Assembly (NCBI RefSeq): GCF_001194135.2
Contig: NC_068983.1
Coordinates: 54,929,467 to 54,993,466 of the forward strand
Direction: 5' to 3'
Length of the DNA stretch: 64,000 nt
Source of the DNA: Octopus bimaculoides
Lineage: Eukaryota
Below, piece after piece: positions 1-14,194 of this stretch. Position 1 is the stretch's first letter, and each line of letters begins with the position of its first letter. The position numbers were made by a program, and so were the translations under genes. The notes under the pieces were generated by a model. The model made no database searches, was not told where the DNA came from, and worked only from the letters and a program-made list of their open reading frames with translations.

Positions 1-37
<37 letters not shown>

Positions 38-39
38 CC

Positions 40-362
40 TCATCATCATCATCGTTTAATGTCCATTTTCCATCATGGGTTGGGCGGTTTGATTGGGAAC
101 TGGCAAGCCAGGAGGCCGCACCAAACTCCAATCTGATCTGGCAGTGTTTCTACAGCTGTGTGCCCTTCCCAATGCCAACCACACTGAAAGTGTAGTGGGT
201 GCTTTTTATGTGCCACCGGCATGGGAGACAGTCAGGCGGCACTGGCATCGGCCATGTTCAGATGGTGCTTTTTACATGCTACTGGCACAGGAGCCAGTTG
301 GGGCTGGGGTGCTGGCATCAACCACGTTCGGATGGTGCTTTTTGTGTGCCACCGGCATGGGG
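40..362 (-). mobile_element. Repeat family C copy (RTE-LINE 3' UTR-derived, (GAT)n tail)
   Basis: Reverse complement of ...AGGAAGGGCATCCAGCTGTAGAAAC...CCATGCTAGCATGGAAAGCGGACGTTAAATGATGATG, with ~65-bp internal modules GGTGCTTTTTACGTGCCACCGGCA. About 20 related copies, e.g. 673-922(+), 6040-6352(-), 15125-15490(-), 43030-43200(+), 45478-45797(+), 47946-48205(-), 48945-49170(-), 55160-55475(-), 56718-57005(-), 57852-58048(+), 60420-60678(+). Confidence 0.85.
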
Positions 363-1117
363 AGCTAACAAAACAAGTAAAAGATAAAATGCATACACAT
401 GCATGCATATATGCTCACATATATATTCATTGAAAAGACATTCACAGATTATTAATTAAAGTTCTTTCATATTTTAATTGCATGTATAGCTTCCATCCCT
501 ACTTTCACTCACCAAACATTTCGTCTGTCTTTATGCTCAGAGTTCTACTTCTGCCAAGGTCAACTTTGCCTTTCAAATTTTCAGGAGGTGGATAAAATAA
601 GTGTCAGTGGAGCACTGGGGGGTTGATGTAATTGACTAGCCCTACTGCCCCAAATTTCTGGTCTTGTGCGTGCAAGTGGCACATAAAAAACACTTTTTGA
701 GCGTGGCCATTGCCAGTACCATGCGAGTGGCCCTCGTGCCGGTAGCATGTAAAAGTACCCACTATACTCTCAGAATGGTTGGCATTAGGAAGGGCATCCA
801 GCTGTAGAAACTTTGCCAGATCAGATCGGAACCTGGTGCAGCTATCTGGTTCGCCAGTCCTCAGTCAAATCGTCCAACCCATGCTAGCATGGAAAGCGGA
901 TGTTAAATGATGATGATGATGAGCTGGCAGAATAGTTAGCACACATTTTGTCTGACTTCATGTTCTCAGTTCAAATTCCACTGAGATTGACTTTACCTCT
1001 CATCCTTTTGGGGTTCATAAAATAAGTACCTTCAAGTTCTGGGGTCAATGTAATTGAATTCTCCTTCCTCTCAAAAACTGCTGGCCTTTTTTTTTTAACC
1101 TTTATATGCTATTTATA

Positions 1118-1380
1118 TGTGGAGGCACAGTGGCCCAGTGGTTAGGGCAGCGGACTCACGGTCAGAGGATCGTGGTTTCCATTCCCAGACCAGGCGTTGT
1201 GTGTGTTTATGGAGCAAAAACACCTAAAGCTCCACGAGGCTCCGGCAGGGGTTGGTGGCGACCCCTGTTGTACTCTTTTGCCCCAACTTTCACCTCTTTC
1301 TTCCTGTTTCTTGAGTAAAAAGCTGCGATGGACTAGCGTCCCATCCAGCTGGGGGGGAACACATACGCCATGGAAACCAG
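1118..1380 (+). mobile_element. tRNA-headed SINE, family D head with an alternative 3' tail
   Basis: Head GGAGGCACAGTGGCCCAGTGGTTAGGGCAGCGGACTCACGG...GGTTTCCATTCC is shared with the 16800 and 33102 copies. Sequence diverges after ...CAACTTTC. Confidence 0.75.
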
Positions 1381-2325
1381 GTGTGCTGGCAGAATCATTA
1401 GCGTGCCTGGCAAAATGCTTAGTGGCATTCTGCCCATCTTTTTCTTCTGAGTTCAAATTCCACTGAGGTTGATTTTGCCTTTCATCCTTCCGGGGTCAAT
1501 AAATTAAGTATCAATGAAACACTGGTGTTGATGTAACCAATGAGTCCCCTCTCCCCAAAATTTGAGGCCTTGTGCCTATAGGAGAAGGGATTATTATTAT
1601 TATTATGGATTTTCAAAACTTTTTCCTATTGGTAACTCTTCAGTTTGCCAATCTTTACATGTCCTCTGAATACCATTTCTGTTTTTGCCCCTCTGGCAAA
1701 TTATAAATCTCTCAGATGAACAACCAGCTTGTTAGAGAACTGAAATGTCATAGATTCACATATTATTGGTAAACAGACATTTTCCCTTAATTTTTGGAAT
1801 CCCTAACATTTTTCTTTTTGGCAAATTACTATTTAATTCCTCTCTTGTAACTAGCTATGTGTTGATTTTGGATTCCTTAGAAAATCATTCTATGTTGATG
1901 CAACTGTTTCAAGTAGTTTTGCTAAACATTTAAACCTGATTTGAAGGCATTATCAGTTCTTGGAGTGTCTTCAAATTACATGAGTGTGTGTGTGTGTGTG
2001 TGTGTGTGTGGGGCATGATTTGAGTGATATTTCCAGATTTTTTATTGTTTTATTATTATTATTATTATTATTTTTATTGTGCTGTGTTGTTGCACTGCTC
2101 ATTTGGTTGCATATGCATAGATACACACAAATGCACATATACACTGACACTCATATTTGCATATATCTAAACATGCGCACATGTTCTGAGTTCAAATTCT
2201 GCAGAGGTCGACTTTGCCTTTCATCCTTCGGGATTGATAAAATTAGTACCAGTTACACACTGGGGTTGATGTAATCGACTATCCCCCTTCCCCCAAAATT
2301 TTCAAGACCTTATGCCTAGAGTAGA

Positions 2326-2385
<60 letters not shown>

Positions 2386-2388
<3 letters not shown>

Positions 2389-2620
2389 GGCGAGCTGGCA
2401 GAATCGTTAGCACGCCAGGCAAAATGCTTTGTGGTATTTCGTCTGCCATGAGGTTCTGAATTACATGCTGGATAGAATGTTTGACAACAATTTGTCAAGA
2501 GGGTGACCTTGCCTTTTATTCTTTCAGGGGTCATTAAAATAAGAACCAGTTGAGCACTGGGGGGTCAATGTAACTTACCCCTTTAGCTGAATTTGCTAGC
2601 ATTGTGCCAGAATTGGAAAC
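2386..2620 (+). mobile_element. tRNA-derived SINE family A
   Basis: GGGCGAGCTGGCAGAATCGTTAGCACGCC head; body GACCTTGCCTT...GGGGTC...ACCAGTTGAGCACTGGGGG. Other copies at about 921-1085, 1385-1605, 3030-3250(-), 5220-5440(-), 5492-5712(-), 6546-6778, 18245-18480, 39915-40225(-), 47685-47903(-), 58510-58742(-). Confidence 0.8.
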
Positions 2621-3269
2621 CGTTATTCTTTCATTCTTTTATTCTTTTACTTGTTTCAGTCTTTGACTGCAACCATGTTGGAGCACTGCCGTTAGTCGAA
2701 CAAATCGACCCCAGGACTTATCCTTTGTAAGCCTGGTACTTATTCTATCGGTTGTTTTGCCAAACTGCTAAGTTACAGGGACATAAACACACCAACATTG
2801 GTAGTCAAGCAATGGTGGGGGGACAAACACAGACACACAAATGCATACATACATATATACGACGGGCTTCTTTCAGTTTTGGGTTACCGAATGTACTCAG
2901 AAGGCTTTGGTTGACACAAGGCTATAGTAGAAAACACTTACCCAAGGTGCCATGCAGTGGGACTGAATCCAGAACCATGTGGTTGGGAAACAAGCTTCTT
3001 ACCACACAGCCACTTCTGCATCATTATTTTTATTTCTTTATTACCCACAGGGGGCTAAACATAGGGGGGACAAACAAGGGCAGACAGGGATTAAGTCGAT
3101 TATATCGATCCTAGTGCGTAACTGGTACTTACTTAATCAACCCCGAAAGGATGAAAGGCAAAGTCGACCTCGGCGGAATTTGAACTCAGAACGTAATGGC
3201 AGACTAAATACCGCTAAGCATTTCGCCCGGCGTGCTAATGATTCTGCCTATTATTATTTATTGTCTTTG

Positions 3270-3541
3270 CACAGCTTCTAATGCTGGAGATGTACTACGG
3301 TGTCAACCATTCACTACCAGTGAACTAAGGTAACACCTCCTTATTTTTTGAGCGCCATCCAGAGTATTCAAGCGGTTCCAAGCAGTGCTATTTTCTGCAA
3401 GTGCTTCGCCCTTATTGTAGCCCCTATTTGTTCCATGTACTCCTCAAGATTTTTACTTATTGTTCCCAGGGCTCTGACAATTATTGGTACTGCTATCACC
3501 TTTTTCAGCGACCATAACTGCTTAACCTCCCAAGCTAACCT
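3270..3541 (-). mobile_element. 3' fragment of an R4/Dong-like (RLE) non-LTR retrotransposon
   Basis: Minus strand reads RLAWEVKQLWSLKKVIAVPIIVRALGTISKNLEEYMEQIGATIRAKHLQKIALLGTA, the typical RLE C-terminus (PIIVGALG motif). Both ends lie in (AAT)n tracts. Confidence 0.75.
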
Positions 3542-4377
3542 ATTATTATTATTATTATTATTATTAGCAGCAGCAGCAATAGCATCTGTCTTGGCATATT
3601 AAACCAAACTCCTAGCAATAATATTTGCTAATCTCGTGAAGGTGACTATAGGGTAAATAAATAAATAGAATTTTTTGTATATTTTTTTTTCTCTTTTATA
3701 TGGAATGTGAAGAAAACCTTGCAAGTGAGAGGTATCTACCGTTTCATCTCAAGAATCCTGCCAGTGTGCAGAATTACATGTTTCAAGAAGTTAAAACCAG
3801 AGGAACTTCTAGACTACTCCTCTGCCTAATTGATATCAGTATTTGTTATTTTGTCAATGTGCCAATAATTATAGCCCAATTAATTAGTGAGAAACAAATT
3901 GGAAGTGAAAGTTAATTTAACTTGCTTTCTTCATTTTCTTTTTTTTTTCATTTGTTTCTATGGCAGTGAATTTGGCATCAACCAATCAGAGTAGAGACTT
4001 GAGAAATAAGAGTATCTCTTATAGCATCTTATCTGATGCCTTGTTGATTTCCAGTTTAAGGAACGCAGCAGATGAGAAAGTCCCCTTAAGTGTTCATTGT
4101 TTATTACTGTTATTGTTTAGCTCCAGGTCATCCCTGATTGAGCAGAATTATGATTAAATGTGTTCCAGCTGTGGTACATCCCACCTTTATAGACGAGGCT
4201 CTGTGATTAAGTTTGCTTCCCAACCATGTGGTCTTCAGTTCAGTCCCACTGTGTACCACCTTGGACAAGTGTCTTCTACTATAGCACTGTACCAACCAAA
4301 GCCACGTGAGTGGATTTGGTGGACAGAAACTTGAAGAAGACTGTTGTATATATCGCTTTCTGTCTATCTTTGTCTGT

Positions 4378-5087
<710 letters not shown>

Positions 5088-5139
5088 CAATAATAATAAT
5101 AATAATACTTGCCGCCTTGTAGTAATAGTAGTAGTAGTA

Positions 5140-5192
<53 letters not shown>

Positions 5193-5756
5193 AGTAATAG
5201 TAATAATAATAATCATAATCCTTTCTAATGGAAGCACGAGGCCTCAAATTTGGGGGAAGGGATTAAGTTGATCACTTCAACCCCAGTGCATAGCTGGTAC
5301 TTATTTAATTGATCCCTTTCTGAAAGGATGAAAGGCAAAGTTGACCTCGGCAGAATTTGAACTCAGACTGTAAAGGCAGACGAAATACTGCTAAATATTT
5401 TGCCTGGCATGCTAATGATTCTGCCGGCTCACTGTCTTGATATAATAATAATGATAATAATAACAACAACAATAATAATAATAATAATAATATTCTTTTC
5501 TACTCTAGGTGCAAGGCACGAAATTTTTGGGGAAGGGGCCAGTCGATTAGATTGACCCCAGTAGTAAACAACTGGTACTTAATTTATCAACCCCGAAAGG
5601 ACGAAAGGCAAAGTTGACCTTGGTAGAATTTGATCTCAGAATGTAACAGCAGATGAAATACCACTAAGCATTTCGCCCAGCGTACTAATGATTCTGCCAG
5701 TTCGCAGCCTTGATATATTAATAATAATAATGATTGATATTTTATATTTATTTCAG

Positions 5757-5894
5757 GTTCTTCTTGACCTTGCACGGGTAATATTTGAGGATCAACACAC
5801 TGTGGCCAATTTAATCCACAAAATCATGATGCATACTCTGGCTCTACTCAAATGTGAAGTCTGTCAAGTGATGCTTGTCCAAGACTGTTCTAAG
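5757..5894 (+). CDS. PDE11: Internal coding exon (phase 0-0, 46 aa) of a GAF-domain phosphodiesterase, start of GAF-B
   Basis: Acceptor tttatttcag at 5747-5756, donor AAG|gtaagt at 5895. Translates VLLDLARVIFEDQHTVANLIHKIMMHTLALLKCEVCQVMLVQDCSK, matching the remembered GAF-B start of invertebrate PDE11 (ILLDLARMLFEEQSTIEHMVFRILTHMQSLIQCQRVQILLV). The PDE11 versus PDE5/6-like assignment comes from recalled similarity, not from a search. Confidence 0.9.
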
Positions 5895-7309
5895 GTAAGT
5901 GTCATCACTTTGAATATTAAAAGATACAAAGTTTGAACAAAAAGTAATGGGACTGTTGCTCCGATAACGGGGCTAAAGTATGTAGAGTGAAGCTGTTTGG
6001 CACAGTTTGACTTTGAACTCTGTTGCACTTACACAAATCATCATCATCAACATTGTTTAATGTCCGTTTTCCATGCTGGCATGGATTGGACGGTTTGACT
6101 GGGGTCAGGAAAGCCAGGAGGCTGCACCAGGTTCCAATCTGATCTGGCAATGTTTCTACAGCTGGATGCCCTTCCTAACGCCAACCACTCCAAGGGTGTA
6201 GTGGGTGCTTTTTACGTGCCACCGGCACGGGCCACAGAAGGCTGGCATTGACCACGTTCAGATGGTGCTTTTTACGTGCCACTGGCAAGGGCGCCAGTCA
6301 AGGGAGTACTGGCATCGACCATGTTTGGATGGTGCTTTTTACGTGCCACCGATTCAATATTCTTACTCACTTCTTTTGCTTATNNNNNNNNNNNNNNNNN
6401 NNNNNNNNNNNNNNNNNNNNNNNNNNNNNNNNNNNNNNNNGAAATAAAGTGTGTAGTGTGTGGTCATCTCAAAAAAAGAACGGTCATGTTTCAGCTGTGC
6501 AAGATCGCTTTGATTTTGTCAAAGAAGATAGAAACCTTTTGATAAAGGCGGCGAGCTGCCAGAAACATAAACATGCCGGGCGAAATGCTTAGTGGTATTT
6601 CATCTGTCTTTATGTTCTGAGTTCAAATTCCTCCAAGGTTGACTTTGCCCTTCATCCTTTTGGGATCGATAAAGTACCAATTACACACTGGGGTCGATGT
6701 AATCGACTTAATCCCTTTGCCTGTCCTTGTTTGTCCCCTCTATGTTAAGCCCCTTGTGAGCAATAAAGAAATAAGAAACTGAAAGAAGCCCTTCATATAT
6801 GTGTATGTATATGTGTGTGTGTTTGTCACTCCACCACTGCTTGACGACCAGTGTTGGTCCTTGTAGCGTAACAGTTTTGCAAAAGGGATCGATTGAATAA
6901 ATAGCAGGCTTAAAAAAAAAAGTACTGGGGTTGATTCATTCAATTAAAAATTCTTCAAGGCTGTGCTCCAGCATGGCCACAATATGTGTTTGAGAAGGAG
7001 GCCCATCAAGCCAAGTGAAATCGTAGTCATGGCAAGTACTAGTGTGATGCAACTAGCACCTGTGCCAGTGCCAGTCAAAAGCACCCATTATACTCCCAGA
7101 GTGGTTGGTGTTAGGAAGGGCATCTAGCTGTAGAAATCATGCCAAATCAGATTGGAGCCTGGTGCAGCCCTTGTCAAATTGTCCAACCCTTGTCACCATG
7201 GGCAACGGACATTAAATGATAATGATGATGACTTGTATTTTGTCGAAATACAACAGCAAAGCATCATTTAACAATTCTTATTTAAGTCTGCCGAAACATA
7301 TTAATTAAG

Positions 7310-7915
7310 TATGAATATGTGATTGTTTTGATTCTCACTACTCTCTGTGCCCATGATAATTTATTATTGGTCTGGCAGACATCAGCAAATAATTGGTTTG
7401 CTGATTTCTTTAAACAAGAACCTCCACTCTTGTTTAAAATTGTTGATCTGGATGTAACTATGACTGAAGAGACACAACCAAGTTGAAACACCAGTGTCTG
7501 AAAGTCTCCTTATGTTGGTGGCTTGATAGTGTTGTCAGCAGGCATTATCTGAAAGGAGGTGTTTTCTGATGATCAAATACAACAATTAACATTTTCATGT
7601 TCTGGAATTTATTAAAAACGGATGTGTATACCATCATTTTGATCCTCACTTTTCTTTCTGCACATAATAATTTATTATCCATTTAGCAGTTATCAGCAAA
7701 TAATTTGCTTACTGATTTTTATAAAAAAAAGAACCATCACTCTTGTGTAGATCATTGATCTGGGTGTAGCTTTGACTGAAGTGATACCATCAGGCTGAAA
7801 CATGAGTGCCTCATTCTTTACATCAATAACCAAGTGTATTATGATCACACATTGTCTGAAAGAAGGTGTTCCTGAATGATGAAATACAGCAGTGATTAAC
7901 ATATTCATCTTCACT
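7310..7915 (+). repeat. Diverged tandem duplication, ~312-bp period, with a hammerhead-like motif in each unit
   Basis: Collinear motifs: TAATTTATTAT at ~7358/7669, ATCAGCAAATAATT at 7381/7692, TTGATCTGG at 7443/7755, TGACTGAAG at 7461/7773, TCTGAAAG.AGGTGTT at ~7548/7855. Confidence 0.8.
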
Positions 7916-8707
7916 CAGATACAATCTTTCTTAAAAAAACAAATCTTCAGTTTCTTAATCTTCAGTATATCTAACATTTATAGGTAAATCATTGGTTATC
8001 TTTAATTATCTTCCCAGCAAGATTTATAAATATCAGCTATTGTAATTCATTTTTTTACTCTAAGCTGTTTTCACTCAGATGCTAGTTAGTCACAGATGAT
8101 AATAACCAAATGTTATTTAGACCCAGTTGCTGCTAACTAAACTTGCTAAGCCTTTTTGCTGTGTTATGTTTTTATTTTTTCTTGTCCGTGACATTTTATG
8201 AAATTACAAATACCTCCAGTTCATTTTCAATGTGAAAAGGTTAATGGGTTCAAATAACAGTAATGATAAATTTCATGATTATATGCAAACTGAGATTGCC
8301 ATGCGGTTGTTTATTTAATGAACAGTTAATATCTTCATAAAGGTCAACAGGTCAACAAGAAAGAAAACATGATATGCAAATTTTTTACTCAATGTCCATA
8401 ATAAATACACGTTCACTTGGAAATATTCTGATAATAGATTATCAATTTATGTAAATGAATCATAACTTCCGGAATCTTTATGATTATCATCATCTCTATT
8501 CAACATCTGTTTTTCCATGCTTGCATGGGTCACACAATTTGTTGAAGCAGATTTTCTTCAGCTGAATGCCTTTCTTGTCACCAACTCTTACCTGCTTCCA
8601 AGAAAGGTAATATTTTCCATGGAAGTCTGGAAATGACTGTCATCAGTTGTATGATGGTAATTCTCATCTACAGCCATCACAGGATGTCAAAATAAACACA
8701 CACACAT

Positions 8708-8742
<35 letters not shown>

Positions 8743-11268
8743 TGTATACACATATCATCAGCATCTTCTACATCATCATTTAATGTCCACTTTTCCATGT
8801 CTGCATGCGTTAAACGGAATTTATTGAGGCAGATTTTCTATAGCTGGTTGCTCATCCTGTCACCCACCCTCACCTGTTTCCAGGCAAGGTAATATTAATG
8901 AAATTTATGATATAATTTCATCTTCCTTTGTCGTACCAGGCGCAGGAGCGGCTGTGTGGCAAGTAGCTTGCTTCCCAACCACATTGTTCTGGGTTCAGTC
9001 TCACTGCGTGGCACTTTGGGCAAATGCCTTCTACTATAGCCTCGGGCCGACCAAAGCCTTGTGAATTGATTTGGTAGACGGAAACTGAATAAAGCTCGTC
9101 ATATATAGTGAGCTGAAACTAGATAAAATGAAAATGAAAATATGTTTGTGTGTCTGTGTTTGTCCCCCCGACATCGCTTGACAACTGATGCTGGTGTGTT
9201 TACGTCCCTGTAACTTAGTGGCTCGGTAAAAGAGACTGATAGAATAAGTACTAGGCCTACAAAGAATAAGTCCTGGGATTGATTTGCTCAAGTAAAGGCA
9301 GTGCTCCAGCATGGCCGCAGTCAAATGACAAACAAATACACACACATATATATATATATACACACACATACACCTATACATACATACACATATACATATG
9401 CAACACATGGCAAGCTTCTTCCAGTTTCCATCTACCGACCCCACTTGAAAGACTTTGGTTAGCCTGGAGTTATAATAAAGAAAGGTAAAGGTTACCTTCT
9501 TGATTCATGCTGAGTCATAAGGGCTGGTTTCCATGCCATATAAATTCCCCACCTGGATGGGACACTGGTCCATCACAGGATTATTTATTTTCGTCAGCCG
9601 AGTGGACTGGAGCAGCATGAAATGAAGTGTTTTGCTCAAGAACACAACACGTCACCTGGTCTAAGAATTGAAACCACCACCTTATGATCCAGAGTCCTAC
9701 ATTTTAACTGCTAATCCACAGGAGCTATAGAAGAAGGCTTGCCCAAAGTGGCATGGATTGAGTTTGAACTTGAGACGATATGGTTGGAAAGCAAGCTTCT
9801 CAACCTCACAGTCATACATGTGATATCTTGTTAACAAATACACATGGCTCCATGGTGTGAATGAAGTGTGTTTAGTATATTACTTGTATATCTATTTCAG
9901 AGAAATGTATGTCATTGTACTTGACTTACATTTCTTTGCGCATTAGTAGTGTCACATGTGGACACATGTTAAAAAGGAATAGTTTTATTACGTTGTAAAT
10001 TAAGCAACAAATTTATAAAAATGGATTTGATTAATGATGGAAGAATGCCATTGGAATAATAATAAAATAAGAATATAAAGAAGTATGCAAAAAAAAAAAA
10101 AGAAGAAGAGATGTTGAGATTGCAGTGATTTATAAGATGGAGCAAATTAATTGTAGAAGAACAATATATATGAAAGAACAGTCTGCTCTGATGAAAGAAT
10201 TCGTTAATGTGAGGCAGTATTAATGAACTCTGCCTCTCAGCTGCAAAAAAAGAAAAAGAAGAAAAGAAAGAAAAAGAGCAAGACAAAAATATTAGCAGAG
10301 TTTTACCTACTTTTTCATCAATCACCATTATTAGCAGAGATTAACTGTGGAGTTATAGGATTATAATTGCATTTTCTTTGAGAAATGTTGGCATGTCATA
10401 GCATTACCAGACTTTCTTTTAATGAGCTCTCCTGGAAATATTGGCAAAAGTGGATGAAAGCAACATAATTAGAATGGAGACAAGCAATAATGGGGTAAAG
10501 TGAAAAGCTCACTCGGCTTTTCTGAATTACGGAAATGAATAAGTAAATTCTTCAAAATAAATAAATCATATTCTGTTTCTGCTATGTTGTTTTATTCATT
10601 ATTTTATCTTTTTCAAAACAAACTTCTCCTGTACCTTCCTTCTAACTTAGTTTTTTTTTTTTTTACTTCTTTTCCTTCTTCAAAAATGTCTTTGGATTTC
10701 TCTATTTTAAACGTTAAAGATATTCTGATTGTGCTTCTGTACCGATCACCATTTTCTTTTCTTTTTCTTTTCTTCAAAATGTGTTTCTTTTTTCCCTATC
10801 CTAAATTTCTTTGAGAAAAAAAAATTTTTTTTTACAATTCTGAAATCTCTGAAATTCAAAACTTTGAGATCCAAATACTGTTCTTTTATCTTTCATCAAT
10901 CATTTTACTGTGGCCATGCTGGGGCACTACCTCGAAGGGTTTTAGNNNNNNNNNNNNNNNNNNNNNNNNNNNNNNNNNNNNNNNNNNNNNNNNNNNNNNN
11001 NNNNNNNNNNNNNNNNNNNNNNNNNNNNNNNNNNNNNNNNNNNNNNNNNNNNNNNNNNNNNNNNNNNNNNNNNNNNNNNNNNNNNNNNNNNNNNNNNNNN
11101 NNNNNNNNNNNNNNNNNNNNNNNNNNNNNNNNNNNNNNNNNNNNNNNNNNNNNNNNNNNNNNNNNNNNNNNNNNNNNNNNNNNNNNNNNNNNNNNNNNNN
11201 NNNNNNNNNNNNNNNNNNNNNNNNNNNNNNNNNNNNNNNNNNNNNNNNNNNNNNNNNNNNNNNNNNNN

Positions 11269-11312
<44 letters not shown>

Positions 11313-11519
11313 CAGAGGCTTCTTTCAGTTTCTGTCTACCAAATCCACTCACTAGGCTTTGGTCAGATTGAGGTCAGATTGAAGGTGCCACACAGTGAAA
11401 CTGAACCTGGAACCATGTGGTTGGGAAGCAAGCTTCTTACCACACAGTCATGCCTGTGCCTGAATTTTTTTTTTTTCAAATGATAATTCAGGAAAGCCAA
11501 GCTGGATTTTTACATTCTT

Positions 11520-11930
11520 TGGGTTTGACAGTTTGACCAGGACTTGGTAAGCTGGAAGGCTGCACCAGACTCTGCTCTGATTTGTCATAGATTTTCTATG
11601 GCTGGATGCCTTGCCTAACGCCAAACACTCTGAAAGTGTAATGGGTGCTTTTACGTGCCACCTGCATGGGTGCCATTTGCGTGACACCAGTCTCTGCCAT
11701 GACTATGATTTTGCTCAGCTTTATGGGTCTTCTTCTCAAGCACAACATAATGCCAAAAGCCTTGGTCATTTCCTCTGTGGGGCTCAACGCTTGAAAGGAA
11801 CTCAGCCACTTTACCTCTGTGAGGCTCAACACTCGAAGGACCTCAGCCAATTTTCCTCCATGAGGCCCAATGCTCGAAAGGAATTTAGCCACTTTGCCCC
11901 TGTGAGGCCCAATGCTCAAAAGGAACTCAA
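11520..11930 (-). mobile_element. RTE-LINE 3' end (family C variant) with a 4-unit 40-42-bp tandem repeat
   Basis: Minus strand has degenerate TEEMTK..LWHYVVLEKKTH followed by the family C UTR. Repeat units start at 11768, 11808, 11849 and 11891. Confidence 0.7.
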
Positions 11931-12847
11931 TATATATATATATACATATATATANNNNNNNNNNNNNNNNNNNNNNNNNNNNNNNNNNNNNNNNNNNNNN
12001 NNNNNNNNNNNNNNNNNNNNNNNNNNNNNNNNNNNNNNNNNNNNNNNNNNNNNNNNNNNNNNNNNNNNNNNNNNNNNNNNNNNNNNNNNNNNNNNNNNNN
12101 NNNNNNNNNNNNNNNNNNNNNNNNNNNNNNNNNNNNNNNNNNNNNNNNNNNNNNNNNNNNNNNNNNNNNNNNNNNNNNNNNNNNNNNNNNNNNNNNNNNN
12201 NNNNNNNNNNNNNNNNNNNNNNNNNNNNNNNNNNNNNNNNNNNNNNNNNNNNNNNNNNNNNNNNNNNNNNNNNNNNNNNNNNNNNNNNNNNNNNNNNNNN
12301 NNNNNNNNNNNNNNNNNNNNNNNNNNNNNNNNNNNNNNNNNNNNNNNNNNNNNNNNNNNNNNNNNNNNNNNNNNNNNNNNNNNNNNNNNNNNNNNNNNNN
12401 NNNNNNNNNNNNNNNNNNNNNNNNNNNNNNNNNNNNNNNNNNNNNNNNNNNNNNNNNNNNNNNNNNNNNNNNNNNNNNNNNNNNNNNNNNNNNNNNNNNN
12501 NNNNNNNNNNNNNNNNNNNNNNNNNNNNNNNNNNNNNNNNNNNNNNNNNNNNNNNNNNNNNNNNNNNNNNNNNNNNNNNNNNNNNNNNNNNNNNNNNNNN
12601 NNNNNNNNNNNNNNNNNNNNNNNNNNNNNNNNNNNNNNNNNNNNNNNNNNNNNNNNNNNNNNNNNNNNNNNNNNNNNNNNNNNNNNNNNNNNNNNNNNNN
12701 NNNNNNNNNNNNNNNNNNNNNNNNNNNNNNNNNNNNNNNNNNNNNNNNNNNNNNNNNNNNNNNNNNNNNNNNNNNNNNNNNNNNNNNNNNNNNNNNNNNN
12801 NNNNNNNNNNNNNNNNNNNNNNNNNNNNNNNNNNNNNNNNNNNNNNN

Positions 12848-12882
<35 letters not shown>

Positions 12883-14104
12883 GCGTGTCTGTTACACCGT
12901 AAGTTACATGTCTGGTTGTAGGACAACATGACACTGTTTAGAAACAGGTGTGGGCTGGTGAGAGGCAGGGATATTCAACCACAGAAAATCTGCCTTAGTG
13001 AATTCCATCTGATCCATACAAGCATAGAAAAGTGGGTGTTAAATGATGGCGATGATGTGGAGTTGTTTCATTTTTAGAAAATCTATTTCTTTATCAGAAT
13101 TATTTTGCAATGTCATCCTTTTATAATTATATCAAATTCACTCGAGAATTATACTTTGTTCGTTATTCTCTAATTACATATCCAAATATTTAAGACTAGC
13201 TACTTTTCTATTAAGAGGAAAATTGATATTTTCACTTCAAACATTTTCGTTTTTATTTCATTTTATTGGGAACAAAGAACCAATATTTTTATGGTACAAG
13301 ATGGCATTCTATGACATTAGCAGCATAATTGTAGCCAGAACAAATATTTCAATCGTTAACCAAAACTTGTTTGATTAATCAGAAACTTACTTCAGTCTTT
13401 GCGACATACCTCTCCTCATCATCATCATCGTTATCGTCATCATCATCATCTTCATCATCATCAACATCAATCCACTGTCTGTTTGTCCATGCCTGCGTGC
13501 ATCAGATGGATTTCATTGAGGCAGATTTTTCCCTAACTGGATGCTCTTCTTGGTCCTAACCCTCATCTTTTGTCGAAGCAAAGTAATATACCCTCAAGGC
13601 CAAACATCTTTTCTATGAAGACTGCAAATGAACAACACTGCTTGTATGGCTGGTATACTCTTACTGTTTTACTTGTTTCATTCATTTGATTGTGGCCATG
13701 CTGGAGCACTACCTTTAGTCAAGCAAATTGACCCCGGGACTTATTCTTTGTAAGCCTAGTACTTATTCTATCGGTCTCTTTTGCCAAACCGCTAAGTTAC
13801 GGGGACATAAACACACCAGCATCGGTTGTCAAGCAATGCTAGGGCACAAACACAAACACACACACACAAACACATATATATACATATATACGATGGGCTT
13901 TCAGTTTCCATCTACCAAATCCACTCACAAGGCTTTGGTCGACCTGAGGCTATAGTAGAAGACACTTGCCCAAGATGCCACGCAGTGGGACTGAACCCGG
14001 AACCATGTGGTTGGTAAGCAAGCTACTTATCACACAGCCACTCCTATGCTCATTTACAACCATCATGTGATGTCAAGAGAAGGGTATAGACAAATACAAA
14101 GATG

Positions 14105-14194
<90 letters not shown>

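Noticed and set aside
190-362. Repeated ~65-bp modules (GGTGCTTTTTACGTGCCACCGGCA plus variable sequence) that look superficially like a CRISPR array
   Set aside because: The apparent spacers are homologous to each other and the modules are part of the RTE-derived family C repeat. The context is eukaryotic and there are no cas genes.
10886-12934. Long ORFs spanning N runs (also at 30.0-30.4, 36.0-36.3, 39.2-40.2 and 48.1-49.0 kb)
   Set aside because: These are artefacts of translating assembly gaps and flanking dinucleotide repeats.
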